Below are positions 1 through 9,668 of a DNA stretch of 64,000 nt, piece by piece. Within the stretch, counting starts at the first letter, position 1. Every line of letters begins with the position of its first letter. Source of the DNA: Candidatus Latescibacterota bacterium. Its GTDB lineage: Bacteria; Latescibacterota; UBA2968; GCA-2709665. The translations under genes and the position numbers were made by a program. The notes beneath the pieces were generated by a model. That model was not told the origin of the DNA and ran no database searches. It saw only the letters and a program-made list of their open reading frames with translations. The DNA lies in contig OZ241917.1 of assembly GCA_965203805.1 (NCBI GenBank), positions 1,568,001 through 1,632,000 on the forward strand, written 5' to 3'.

Positions 1-210
1 ATTCGCCGCGACGGGCTTCGAGACGAACTCTCCCTTGTCGCATGTAAGATCGGATTCCAACACAATGATGGTAATCCCAAAGGCCGAGCCGGAAGCCTTC
101 TGACAGTCCAGGCAATGACACGCATGCACAAAGAGAGGCGCGTTCAGAAGTCTGTAACGCACGTCTCCGCACCGGCAGCTACCGAAAAACATACGGTTCC
201 CGTTCACCAT
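1..210 (-). CDS. GFA/CENP-V family protein (3' end runs off window)
   Basis: Manual translation from ATG at 210: MVNGNRMFFGSCRCGDVRY...HACHCLDCQKASGSAF, giving the CxC...CHCxxCQK Zn motif. Confidence 0.85.
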   Translation of the reverse strand, partial: MVNGNRMFFGSCRCGDVRYRLLNAPLFVHACHCLDCQKASGSAFGITIIVLESDLTCDKGEFVSKPVAAN

Positions 211-497
211 ATCAACCGAAGGACTAAGGTTAATTATCCGAAAAAATCCATCGTTTCGTTGTGTAACAAGTTGTATTTAAATGGATTAAGCGATGCATAA
301 TACGAAAATCCATGAATAAATGCGGAATCTGATTGGTCCGGATAATGTTTCATGCGCTACAGGGGTGTGGATTCAACACAATATCCAAGAAACCTGAGCA
401 TTTCTCCTGCTCCTGGCTTTTTCCTGCATCAGGTCTTGATCCTGCTCTTGGTTTCCAATCCTGTTAATCCTGCAAAACCTGATCGGTTTGGGTTCTT

Positions 498-561
498 ATC
501 CTGTCTATCCTGCCTGCCTGTGCCGTGCCCGGCACGGCAGACAGGTCCATCCATGTAAGTT
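498..561. repeat. 64-bp repeat copy 1 (ATCCTG doublet plus GC palindrome)
   Basis: atcctgtctatcctgcctgcctgtgccgtgcccggcacggcagacaggtccatccatgtaagtt; one mismatch to 1769-1832. Confidence 0.9.
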
Positions 562-590
562 TGTGTCTTTGAATTGTAGAAACCAGGACA

Positions 591-1535
591 TTACCCCAAC
601 CGTTTCACCAGGCCGTAATCCACCACCTGCCGCACACGATATCCGGCGCCGAAATAGATCTCCTGCGCCGGATTGTTCAGTCCGGTATGAAGCGTATTGC
701 GTGCCACACCCCGTTTCTTGAACTCCGCGCACATCAGATTGAACAAAACCGTTCCGATCTTGCCGCGCCGATAGTCCGGATGCGTGCCAATTCCCGTAAA
801 GCCGCCGCTTCCATCCGTTCCTACCCGGACCGGTCCGGCGAATCCCACCACCGCGGGCCCGTCCGTCGCAACGAATACGGGATACGGCGGCTCACCCTCC
901 AGGCATCCCTTGACAGAAGCCTCCCAGCCACCGGGGAACAGTGCCTCCATGAACGCACCCAGCGCCTCGCGGTGTCCTTCTTCGCAAAATCCGAACAGGA
1001 TGCCTCGAGACCGGTTGTCTTCGATATAATCTTCCATTTCCTCCCGAAGTTCGAACTTGTCAAACGTCGTTTCCATAAACAGACTCACCGAACCGCGATT
1101 GCGGAATCCCTGATTCAGGAAAAACGTATAGGCCGGAGTCTTCATGTCGACGCCGGTCGCGAACGTGATCGGATTTCCCTTGTAACCGATCCGCAGTTCC
1201 GTACAGCCACGTCCCGCCAGGAATTTTCCCGCGGCATCCAGGAGCTTGCCTCCAATCCCCTGCTGCCGAGAGTCCGAATCGACCATCAACACGCTCAGGT
1301 AGCCCGTCTCTCCGAGACTGGGCGCGACTGCAAGCACGAACCCCACAACCCTGCCTTCAACCTTGGCTGTAAACGCACCCTCCGGATCAAAGTCCGCATG
1401 TGCCAGGACCCGCTGCCGGAACCCCGCAGCGTCCATCCGGAAATCGTATTTCCGGTCCGAAAACGCCCGCTGCCAGAGATCCATCACCGGCAACAGATCT
1501 TCGTCTTTCCAGGTAGCAATCGAAAAAGTGCTCAT
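591..1535 (-). CDS. Tandem-domain GNAT N-acetyltransferase
   Basis: Two acetyl-CoA motifs (RQQGIGGKL, HPDYRRGKIG); ORF is open to 1619, and the ATG at 1535 has an upstream GGTGGA. Confidence 0.85.
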   Translation of the reverse strand: MSTFSIATWKDEDLLPVMDLWQRAFSDRKYDFRMDAAGFRQRVLAHADFDPEGAFTAKVEGRVVGFVLAVAPSLGETGYLSVLMVDSDSRQQGIGGKLLDAAGKFLAGRGCTELRIGYKGNPITFATGVDMKTPAYTFFLNQGFRNRGSVSLFMETTFDKFELREEMEDYIEDNRSRGILFGFCEEGHREALGAFMEALFPGGWEASVKGCLEGEPPYPVFVATDGPAVVGFAGPVRVGTDGSGGFTGIGTHPDYRRGKIGTVLFNLMCAEFKKRGVARNTLHTGLNNPAQEIYFGAGYRVRQVVDYGLVKRLG

Positions 1536-1768
1536 ATCAAATTCCACCAATCCACTTAGTCCGAATGATTCATGAAAACCGGTGTATTTGTTGTATAATC
1601 GGTTGATGTTGAATAACATGAGCAGAATATATAGCGATAACCTGTAAGAGTCTGGAATCGGGTTGGCCGGCGTAATTGTGGGGTCTCAGGGTGGCAGGAA
1701 TGACGACGCGCGGTCCATGGTGAATCGATTCACTGCCGTTGCTCGTTTTGTCGCGCTTTTTGGTTTTC

Positions 1769-1832
1769 ATCCTGTCGATCCTGCCTGCCTGTGCCGTGCC
1801 CGGCACGGCAGACAGGTCCATCCATGTAAGTT
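1769..1832. repeat. 64-bp repeat copy 2
   Basis: Direct repeat of 498-561, just 3' of the RidA gene. Confidence 0.9.
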
Positions 1833-1854
1833 CCGTTTTTTTGAATTAGAGGGT

Positions 1855-2250
1855 TTAACTGCCGGGAAGGAAAGCGACGGCTTCGATCTCCACCAGGTAA
1901 TCCGGATGGGCGAGGCCGTTGACGAACAGCAGCGTGTTCGGGGGAAACGTGTCCGTGAAGAAGCGGTTGCGGACGCGGCGAAATGCGTCCAGGTGAGCGC
2001 GATCGGTCAGGTAGGTGGTCAGTTTGACGATGTCGTCCAGACTTCCTCCGAGTTCCTCGAGGATGGCCTGAAGATTCGCGTAGATCTGCTGTGTCTGCGC
2101 CTCAATGTCGCTTTGCCCGACCAGGTTGCCGTCCGGGTCGAGGGCGATCTGACCGGCGACGTAGACGGTGTCGCCTGCCTTCGCGACGTGTGAGTACCCC
2201 ACCCCCGCTGTCGAGTGGACACTTTCCGGGTGTATGATTTCACGTGCCAT
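1855..2250 (-). CDS. RidA/YjgF/UK114 family protein
   Basis: GYSHV..AGQIA..IVKLTTYL..LVEIEAVA; RBS GGAGG upstream. Confidence 0.92.
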   Translation of the reverse strand: MAREIIHPESVHSTAGVGYSHVAKAGDTVYVAGQIALDPDGNLVGQSDIEAQTQQIYANLQAILEELGGSLDDIVKLTTYLTDRAHLDAFRRVRNRFFTDTFPPNTLLFVNGLAHPDYLVEIEAVAFLPGS

Positions 2251-2342
2251 TCGACCCCACCTCCTTTGTAGTTGGTCGTGTTCGACTTCGAGGGCTACGT
2301 GCTCCTGGTGCGGACATTAAAACGCGCGCAGGTACCTGTCCA

Positions 2343-2753
2343 CTACGGTCTTCCCGTCAACTTTGCACCGATCCACGCCATAGGAATATAAGCGCCAACG
2401 AGATCCACGACGTAAAACAGGGCGGGGCCACCTATCGTGAACACGTTGACGATGCCGCCAATCAGGAAGAGTCCCCCAACTACCATCGCCGCTGCCATCC
2501 TGCAGCTTGCGGCGATAAGGGCGGCCAGCTAGGCGCCCACGAGGGACCCCAGCGCATGCGCCACCCACGGGAATATGAAGTGCCTGAATTCAAACAGGTG
2601 CATGGACGATTTGATGGAATCCACGTTGGTCACGTCGACACCTTCGGGAGGCGGAATGATTGCAGGTCCGATCATGACCACAATCACATTGGCGATGCTG
2701 CCCACCACGACACCGACGACGACGGCCAGGACGTTCTTCAGCTTGGACTTCAC
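2343..2753 (-). pseudogene. Small membrane protein with one in-frame TAG
   Basis: The hydrophobic frame continues past TAG at 2529-2531 (LAALIAAS...GAKLTGRP*) to 2343. Confidence 0.7.
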
Positions 2754-2873
2754 AAATCACCTCGCGAGTTAAGACTTCGTTTGGCGGGCGCCCACAAAGG
2801 ACGCCGCTCCAATGTTTGGGTGAGTCGATCGGGGCTGTGGAAGGACGTCGGGACATGTCGCCTGCCGCCCCTT

Positions 2874-3365
2874 TCAGCCTGCGAGACGAGGAAGCACGTT
2901 TTCCGCCTTCCCTGGCACGAATAAGTCTTCCGCGTGGAGGAACTCCGGTCGATCCGGAGACACCGAAACGACTTGCATTCCAGCGTCTCGAGCGTAACTG
3001 ATTAATCCATGTTCATCTCTTCCGAGCCCGACAGCCAGAACGACCCTGGCTTCCCCAAGCCACACCCATCCCCTCGCGCCTGGCTTGAAGTCGTCGGATT
3101 TCTTCAAGTGGACGTTCACAGACCCCGCCCTCTCGTGGAGCTTATCTCCATTGCCTGTAATAATGTGCCGGACGCGCCCTCTCTCCTCGAGGTCCGCCAG
3201 AGCCCGGTGCGCATCATTGGGTTCCGCCTGGATGAATGCAGCTTGAAATCTCGCAAGAATCCTTGCGAGTTCTCGAGGCCTTTCGATCATGATATCCGCC
3301 ACGGGACCGGGAAACGGTTCGTGCAGCGGGAAGTGCTGGTTAACGCCTTCGACGCGTCCGAACAA
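2874..3365 (-). pseudogene. N-terminally truncated Sir2/sirtuin-like protein
   Basis: AEPNDAHRAL..IITGNGDKLHERAGS present; N-terminal GAGIS motif absent. Confidence 0.6.
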
Positions 3366-3398
3366 CGCCGTTGACCGCTGCGCGCGGCGTGACCAAGT

Positions 3399-4211
3399 CT
3401 AGCCGAGATGTTTTTCCAGCCATTCGATGGCAAAGTCCGCCAGATTCCTCGCGTCGAACAGATAGGAGTCTGCGGCGCCAACCCGCCCCTCGGCATGGCG
3501 TCCCTGTGCCATATACTCTTTCGAAATGGACTGGAAATAATCTCCGTCGAGCCGGTCAGCGATTCCGTTGGATGTATCATACTGTTCGAACTCGATCCAT
3601 TCGCACCTGCCATTGCGCAGGATCGGCCATCGATAGCGCTCGGTTTTCTTGTTCGGCACGTCAGCAATATGCTCCGCGTGGTGAAGAATAGTCAGGCTAT
3701 CGAAGAGCGGCCCCAGCAGAAGAATCTTACCCCCAACGTCGCACAATTTCTCAAGAGGGGAACCCGCGCCATAGCCGAACTGCAACGGGTGGTCTGCCGT
3801 TATGCATTCCGCCTTTGCCCCGACTGCCGCAACTCGCGCCTCCGGATGGTCGCTGCAATGCGCCCCGGGCCATGTGCGCAGGTATTCGGTAAGGACGCTC
3901 CATCGGCGATTGGCTCGAGTCCGATACGGATCAAACGGTGGGCACTCTGCAAGATAGGCTTTCTGCAAGCCCTCCGGCCAATCGTCTATTTCGTTCAATG
4001 GCTCCTCACACTTGATGTACATCATCAAGGCCCCCGTTGAACCGAGCACTTCCAGCACTGCCCGAAGCACCATATCAGGCCCGCCGACGATCCAGCCGAC
4101 TGCCTTAACGGAAGCATGCAGCATCACCGTGTCACCTGAGGCAATCCCCAGTTTCGACAAATCAGATACCATTCTGCTTCGTGTGATTGCAGGTAGACCC
4201 GTTTTGACCAT
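3399..4211 (-). CDS. Aminoglycoside 3-N-acetyltransferase family (AAC(3)/YokD)
   Basis: LGIASGDTVMLHASVKAVGWIVGG, SDHPEA, YGAGSPL, TILHHAE motifs. Confidence 0.9.
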   Translation of the reverse strand: MVKTGLPAITRSRMVSDLSKLGIASGDTVMLHASVKAVGWIVGGPDMVLRAVLEVLGSTGALMMYIKCEEPLNEIDDWPEGLQKAYLAECPPFDPYRTRANRRWSVLTEYLRTWPGAHCSDHPEARVAAVGAKAECITADHPLQFGYGAGSPLEKLCDVGGKILLLGPLFDSLTILHHAEHIADVPNKKTERYRWPILRNGRCEWIEFEQYDTSNGIADRLDGDYFQSISKEYMAQGRHAEGRVGAADSYLFDARNLADFAIEWLEKHLG

Positions 4212-4359
4212 GCTGATTGTGTCCTGTGTCGGGGAAGACCTTGCTCTGAAGTTAACGGTGCGATCCTCCGAATCGAGAACCGATTGCGAGAGGGCAACGA
4301 TTCGCCGAACCGGACGTGAAGGTGTTAACAGCAGTAAAGTACCGACAAAGCTCCCCGGC

Positions 4360-5118
4360 CTACGACGATACCGTCCCGGCAATGAAGTCCCGAAGTTCAT
4401 CGAGGGTGAGGGCCCGTTTGGCTTTCCTGTGGATCATTCGGTGGCAATTACTACAGACGACCGCCATGTCTCGGCACGGATCGACTTCAAGTCCTTCATC
4501 AGGTGCCGCACTCAGCTCTTGCATGTGATGTACCTCCGCGAAATCACGCCCCCATTTGCCGTAAACATCCTCAAAGGCAAAACCACACACTTGGCACTTG
4601 TATCCATGAATTCGCAGCGCAGCAGACCGGAGTCGGGGGCTTCGTTCACGTCTTCGCGACACGACAGCTTTGGTATTCCCCTCAATGCCCACCGTTACCT
4701 TCTCGCAATCCGCATCGGACTCGGCCTGAAGATCGCTCAGCACGGACGACGGAATGGGTGTGACGTCCACAAGGTGGCGTACCGCTTCCCAGACCTCAGC
4801 GTCCGTACGCGCTTTCCACTGTTTCAGCACGCGAGCATCTCGTTTTGGAAGAGCCTTCGGTTGACCGCCGACCCGCCAGCCGCGACGTCCGGAGTCTAAG
4901 TGACTATCGAACTGATCACGCGAAGCCTTAAGGCTGTTGTGGAAGGACCGGAGACTTCGTCCGTCTCCAAGTGCGTCGAAGAACGACGCGTAGGCCACTG
5001 CCCAAGAGTCGGTTTCCATTTCCGCAGGAGGGAGCGGTTTTCCCGCGTCCACTTTTCGACCGCAGCGGGAGAGGAATAAAGCTGAGAGGATGAATTCTTC
5101 ACTTCGCTCGATTGACAT
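4360..5118 (-). CDS. HNH endonuclease (McrA-like C-terminus)
   Basis: ERSPRLR..CQVCGF..EVHH..CSNCHRMIH. Confidence 0.88.
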   Translation of the reverse strand: MSIERSEEFILSALFLSRCGRKVDAGKPLPPAEMETDSWAVAYASFFDALGDGRSLRSFHNSLKASRDQFDSHLDSGRRGWRVGGQPKALPKRDARVLKQWKARTDAEVWEAVRHLVDVTPIPSSVLSDLQAESDADCEKVTVGIEGNTKAVVSRRRERSPRLRSAALRIHGYKCQVCGFAFEDVYGKWGRDFAEVHHMQELSAAPDEGLEVDPCRDMAVVCSNCHRMIHRKAKRALTLDELRDFIAGTVSS

Positions 5119-5227
5119 CGGTTTGTCCCCGGGTTAGCAGAGTCGGTTTTCAGTTAAGTTTACAACCGGTCGTACCCGAACTGTGAAGCCCAATGTGCTA
5201 GAGTAATACGTCGTGCATCTGATGTAT

Positions 5228-6229
5228 CTAGAACGGAACGTCATCTGGACGTTTAATTCCACTTCCCTTATTCCCGTCTTCCTTATTGAAGACGAAGTCC
5301 ATACCGACCGCGAGATTGAGTATATCATCTCGATCCAAGAAAATCACCTGGCGTCGGTTATCGAGGTCAAGATGCTGCCCAAGCCAAGTTTTCGCCTGTT
5401 TCGTTATTTGTCCCGCAGAAATGATAAACACATGATCGACCAAGACACGCTTGTTGGTCTCTGGATCCCAGATGGGATAATGAAGGACCATTCGAACCTG
5501 ATTCAAGACTTCCGAGATATTCGTGTTTCCACTCCTTCCCGCAGAGTCCAATTTGCCTTTCTTAACTTGGGCAGAGAAGTACAAGTAATGGGTGGTTGGA
5601 AGCTGAAACTTCATCCACATGTCGTTTCCGAACTCTAAGGCTCTATCGGAGTGCCCACTGATCGAGATTCGAGAAAAACCCAACTGCGCGAAAATTGGCT
5701 GTAGAATCCCCTCGATGATCTGGTCTTCACTCAAATTGTCTAGGTGTCGACTGAGATCATCACGCCGTTCGACTTCTTGGGGCGTCCACTTCCTCGTCGA
5801 AGATTGCGGGACGGATGTAACTTGCGTTCCTGTGCTTCTAATGTGGCACTTCTTGTTCTCACCATAAAATACACTCAAGTCGTCTCGAGCCAGTGTGAGA
5901 TTGACATCGGCAAGCGCTCCATCTGGGTCTTTACCACTTTGCTTGAGATCTGCATAGTCTAACAACTCTTGGACAATTCTCGTAATCTGGGGTGAAGGGA
6001 GTTGTGGCTGTGGCGCCGGCAATCCGTTTAATTCGTCCAGTCGATCGACTACCCAGTTCTTTCTGGTCGATCCATCGTGCGAATATTCAAGTCCGCTGGC
6101 CTCGAAGAATTCAGTAAGGTAGGTACTCGATCTGTACGGAAAATTATCCCAAGCAAATCCTCCCATACCACCAGATGCACCACAGATCATCTCCGCAAGT
6201 GTCTGAATTGATCGCTTGGTAAGTTTCAA
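5228..6229 (-). CDS. PD-(D/E)xK restriction endonuclease-like protein
   Basis: EFGND...AQVKK Mrr-like motif in the C-half; distinct N-terminal domain. Confidence 0.65.
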   Translation of the reverse strand: MKLTKRSIQTLAEMICGASGGMGGFAWDNFPYRSSTYLTEFFEASGLEYSHDGSTRKNWVVDRLDELNGLPAPQPQLPSPQITRIVQELLDYADLKQSGKDPDGALADVNLTLARDDLSVFYGENKKCHIRSTGTQVTSVPQSSTRKWTPQEVERRDDLSRHLDNLSEDQIIEGILQPIFAQLGFSRISISGHSDRALEFGNDMWMKFQLPTTHYLYFSAQVKKGKLDSAGRSGNTNISEVLNQVRMVLHYPIWDPETNKRVLVDHVFIISAGQITKQAKTWLGQHLDLDNRRQVIFLDRDDILNLAVGMDFVFNKEDGNKGSGIKRPDDVPF

Positions 6230-6306
6230 GATACTGTCCTTTCACTTTCGATAATTTGTCAAACAAAGAGGAATCTCTTGGCCGCTTGCACAATTCCTTG
6301 AATGCT

Positions 6307-6373
6307 CGCTGACGCAGCCTCTTCGAACTTGGTGCAGGTCTTGGTTGCGTCGGATGGACAACCCAAGTTCGCA
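6307..6373 (-). repeat. attC-like site
   Basis: cgaacttgg...ccaagttcg palindrome between genes. Confidence 0.55.
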
Positions 6374-6407
6374 AGCAGATTGTAAGAAGGTCAGACGTCC
6401 CTATTAA

Positions 6408-7649
6408 CTATCGTGGAAACACCAATATTGCATCGCACCGACGGCGCTCCTTGCGCACGCCACCCCGGTGAATATCCGAGTAACTGTTCACCACCTCTCC
6501 CCGAACCACCATCGTACTGGATCCCCCTCCGTCCAGGTTATAGGCGTTGTGGGCCCCGAGGTCTGCAAGGAGATCCGTGAGTTCGGGAAGGGTCATCCCC
6601 ATAGCCAGACTCGGCTGACGACCATCCGCGACGATCAGCCAAAGCGTGTTCTTGTCTTTCGACATGCCGATCGCCGTCCTTGGATGTCTTCCATCATAGA
6701 ACCAGGGCTCAAAGGATTCGCTGCCGTAATCAGTAAACCGCTGACCGTTTCGAATCAGCAGTGTTCCAGCGCTCGTATAGCTGCAGTCTTCCAATGGAAG
6801 GGGGCTCTCCGGATTCTCGCGGGAGGTCAGCCGATAGATGATCTTTGTCTTTGAACCCAACCGGGCGTGCTGCTTTAACCAGTCGGCGTACTTGCCAGAC
6901 CCGGAAAGGATGTATCCGTTTGAGGGGATAAGGTTTGATCCCGCATTCACCTGGATGGCTGAAACCGTGTCCTCCCGTACGATTATCTCGACGCCATTCC
7001 GGTCGGTAAGAGTACTTCGGTTCCATTCAGGTGTATAGAGGATGAGGTCATTCTTATCGAGTTCCTCCTTTTCCTTACCATCTTTATCCCATCCACGGAC
7101 TTCGTTTCGTCTCCGGTTGATCCCGGTCACCTCGCTCTCTTCCCTCGCATCAATTGACGCCGTTATTTTTAGCAGAGGTTCCGCAACGATCATGGTCTGT
7201 CTGTCGTCCCTCGTGCAGATTCCAACGCTCCTGCGACCGGGCGTTCGTGGTTCGCTCAGGATCTTCCCATCCAGAACAAAGAATTCGCTTGGATCGCCGT
7301 GATAGATGTTCCATGCGTTGTTTGAAAAGGAGTATCCCGCATTTACGGCGACAAGAGCGTCGTATCTCCTTGCCATATCGCTTGTCGCCTCCTGCCCGAC
7401 GATCTGATTCATCGCCATGACCATCTTCAATCGGTACTTCCGCAGGTCTATTTCCGCGACGTGAATGTTTTGGGGAAGCCCCTCGCTGGTCGAGTCTGCG
7501 GAGATATGTGTCCGAACCAATCCAGAAGCGACCTCGGTCTCAATCTCCTCCACGCTGGTATTCAAAGGTGGATTCTCGTTCGCGCAGATTGTGAACCCGC
7601 TCAACAACAGTGCTGCCAACAACAGCTGGATGCGAATTCGCCCGTTCAT
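6408..7649 (-). CDS. Secreted phosphodiester glycosidase (NAGPA/DUF2233) family protein
   Basis: Signal peptide; VNAGY, HPRTAIG, VADGRQ, NLDGGGSS. Confidence 0.9.
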   Translation of the reverse strand: MNGRIRIQLLLAALLLSGFTICANENPPLNTSVEEIETEVASGLVRTHISADSTSEGLPQNIHVAEIDLRKYRLKMVMAMNQIVGQEATSDMARRYDALVAVNAGYSFSNNAWNIYHGDPSEFFVLDGKILSEPRTPGRRSVGICTRDDRQTMIVAEPLLKITASIDAREESEVTGINRRRNEVRGWDKDGKEKEELDKNDLILYTPEWNRSTLTDRNGVEIIVREDTVSAIQVNAGSNLIPSNGYILSGSGKYADWLKQHARLGSKTKIIYRLTSRENPESPLPLEDCSYTSAGTLLIRNGQRFTDYGSESFEPWFYDGRHPRTAIGMSKDKNTLWLIVADGRQPSLAMGMTLPELTDLLADLGAHNAYNLDGGGSSTMVVRGEVVNSYSDIHRGGVRKERRRCDAILVFPR

Positions 7650-7674
7650 CTCAATCTCCCAACTGAATGATCTG

Positions 7675-7737
7675 TGCCATAAATCGCCTGTGCTCGTTCG
7701 CCGCGGTTCAGGAGCAACAATCGTAGGAGTTATGACA
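7675..7737 (-). repeat. attC-like site
   Basis: gccataa...tgctc...gagca...gttatgac, directly 3' of the 7743 gene. Confidence 0.5.
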
Positions 7738-7742
7738 GGCGC

Positions 7743-8366
7743 CTATGCCCTTTGAAGCGTAACTTCACAGAACGGCTTCCCGCATGGGCTCGCAATATAC
7801 GTCGTGGAAACGTGCCTGAACCCACCATTCTGGTCTGCGATATACTTGAATGCGCCTGGCGTGTGAAGCGACATGATCGGCAGGACTGCCTCGAGAGAAG
7901 CCACCCCTGAACTCGCCATCTTTCCCTGCTCCGATTGTTGCTGCAAAAGTGCTACCAGATATCCCTTTGGGGTGAGATGCGCGGCAATAGACGCCAGGGT
8001 CGTCTCCAGATCCACGTATTCGAAAAACAAGGCGCCATAAGCCAAATCGAAACGGCCTGGTTCACTGAAGTCTTCCGGAAAACTGCATTCCTTCGTTCGC
8101 AACGCTGTAAGCATCTCAAGGCGTTTGCGTAGATATGCCAGATACTCTGGATTGACATCCACAGCCAGAATTTTTCTCAACTGCGACGCTCCTGTGTTCT
8201 CAAGGCCATTACCTATACCCGCACCCAGGTACAGAAGCGATTTCGGGTCGAACCGTACCAGGCAATCCTCAAGATGCTTCCGGATCATCTCGCCCTGGCG
8301 CACGGATTCATGTTCCATGTGCATCTTGTAGTCGGCAGCGGGAACAGTCAACCAGGGATTGATCAC
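7743..8366 (-). CDS. Class I SAM-dependent methyltransferase
   Basis: LYLGAGIGNG, AVDVN. Confidence 0.85.
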   Translation of the reverse strand: MINPWLTVPAADYKMHMEHESVRQGEMIRKHLEDCLVRFDPKSLLYLGAGIGNGLENTGASQLRKILAVDVNPEYLAYLRKRLEMLTALRTKECSFPEDFSEPGRFDLAYGALFFEYVDLETTLASIAAHLTPKGYLVALLQQQSEQGKMASSGVASLEAVLPIMSLHTPGAFKYIADQNGGFRHVSTTYIASPCGKPFCEVTLQRA

Positions 8367-8457
8367 AGTTCAACCCGATTATCGTGTGTATAGAATACCT
8401 GAGCCCACCAACTATCGAAATATCCAAAGCCGAGTGGATTGCCATTGCGCCGGAGTT

Positions 8458-8548
8458 GTTTAACGTTACGCCGGTTTCCAAACCTGCGAATATGGGTTGC
8501 CGAGGGCCAGGCGCCGGTGGGCGCGTAGCACGAATTGCCGCGTGGCAG
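8458..8548 (-). repeat. attC-like site (degenerate)
   Basis: gtttaacgttacgccggtttccaaacc...gggttgcc closely resembles the 46579 site. Confidence 0.55.
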
Positions 8549-8637
8549 GACGCGAAATACTTTGCGTCTGATTGAACGTAATTGGTTTCATTTGTACCCA
8601 ACCATTCGGTCGAGTGCATCCGAACAGGGGCGCGGTT

Positions 8638-9540
8638 TCAGGCGTTCGTAAGCGTTTCAAGGTCGCGAGACGCTTTCAGCAAAGCCTCCTGGACGTTCAG
8701 AAACTCAAGATACCCGGGTGGCATTGGATACCTGGCACTGTCAAACGACTGAAGTGGATCGACGATCTTCTGCCTTGCAAATGCGTAGAGAGCCTTTTGG
8801 TGGTCGGTCGCCACAGAAGCCCGGTCAAAGGGGATACCACAATGATTACGCCACAGTCGAGAATCAACGACATTAACCATCGCCTGAATTCGCGAATCTC
8901 GATTACCAAACTTCGAGTTCAGGTAATTGGACAATCTCTCGGCCTGCACGTGTGGTTTGCGCATGATGTCTTCGTACCCAACAAAAACCCGGTGCGCCGC
9001 GTCTTCGGTGTGGCGCAGGATCAGCGTCATCATGTGCTGCCAGCGCAGCAAATTCATCGCAACAAAAGAGACGCAAATTTTAACATTCTTTGGCATAATG
9101 AACTTTTGCCACGATATTGCGACGTCGAGAGGGTTGCGAATCGTGATGACATATACCGCCTCTCCCCAAATCTGTTTCCAAAAGGGTAAGAAATGGGCGA
9201 GCGCCGGGTCCTTCCAGAACCAGGGACCATCGTTCTGCATTTCTGAAATCAGTTCGCACGCTTTAGTTCGATACCCCCGATCAGTGGCTTTGCATTCCAT
9301 TCGTTGCTGGAAGTCAGCCTCCCACCACGTCGCCCCGGAAGCAAAATCCCCTAGATCAGCCAGAAAATCCCATAACGGCAGGTATTCCCAATATCCTCTG
9401 GGCGAATGTTCATCGGCAGCGTGCAACTTTTCGGAAGCGCCCGCATGCGCACCCCATGCATGCACCATCTCAGCAACCACGGATGTCCCGCTGCGCTCTA
9501 CACCAAGTACGATAATAGGATGGCTTTCAGAGCGGTTCAT
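8638..9540 (-). CDS. Sulfotransferase family protein
   Basis: VLGVERSGTS PAPS loop, WKDP, RNPLDVAISW. Confidence 0.88.
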   Translation of the reverse strand: MNRSESHPIIVLGVERSGTSVVAEMVHAWGAHAGASEKLHAADEHSPRGYWEYLPLWDFLADLGDFASGATWWEADFQQRMECKATDRGYRTKACELISEMQNDGPWFWKDPALAHFLPFWKQIWGEAVYVITIRNPLDVAISWQKFIMPKNVKICVSFVAMNLLRWQHMMTLILRHTEDAAHRVFVGYEDIMRKPHVQAERLSNYLNSKFGNRDSRIQAMVNVVDSRLWRNHCGIPFDRASVATDHQKALYAFARQKIVDPLQSFDSARYPMPPGYLEFLNVQEALLKASRDLETLTNA

Positions 9541-9668
9541 TTCGAGTGCCCTTTGAAACTTCCGCCAATGGCGCATTACGTTTGGCCGCGCCCGAATCGA
9601 GACGTGGTGACGCGCAGGCGTCACGGGGCTGAAGCCGGGAACGAGCGTGTCTGCTGAGGTCAGGGTCC

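Noticed and set aside
498-1832. Possible CRISPR repeats
   Set aside because: Only two copies, 1.27 kb apart with a gene between; no spacer periodicity and no cas genes
2529-2531. Stop-codon reassignment (TAG)
   Set aside because: Many intact genes here terminate at TAG; this is the only clear internal case
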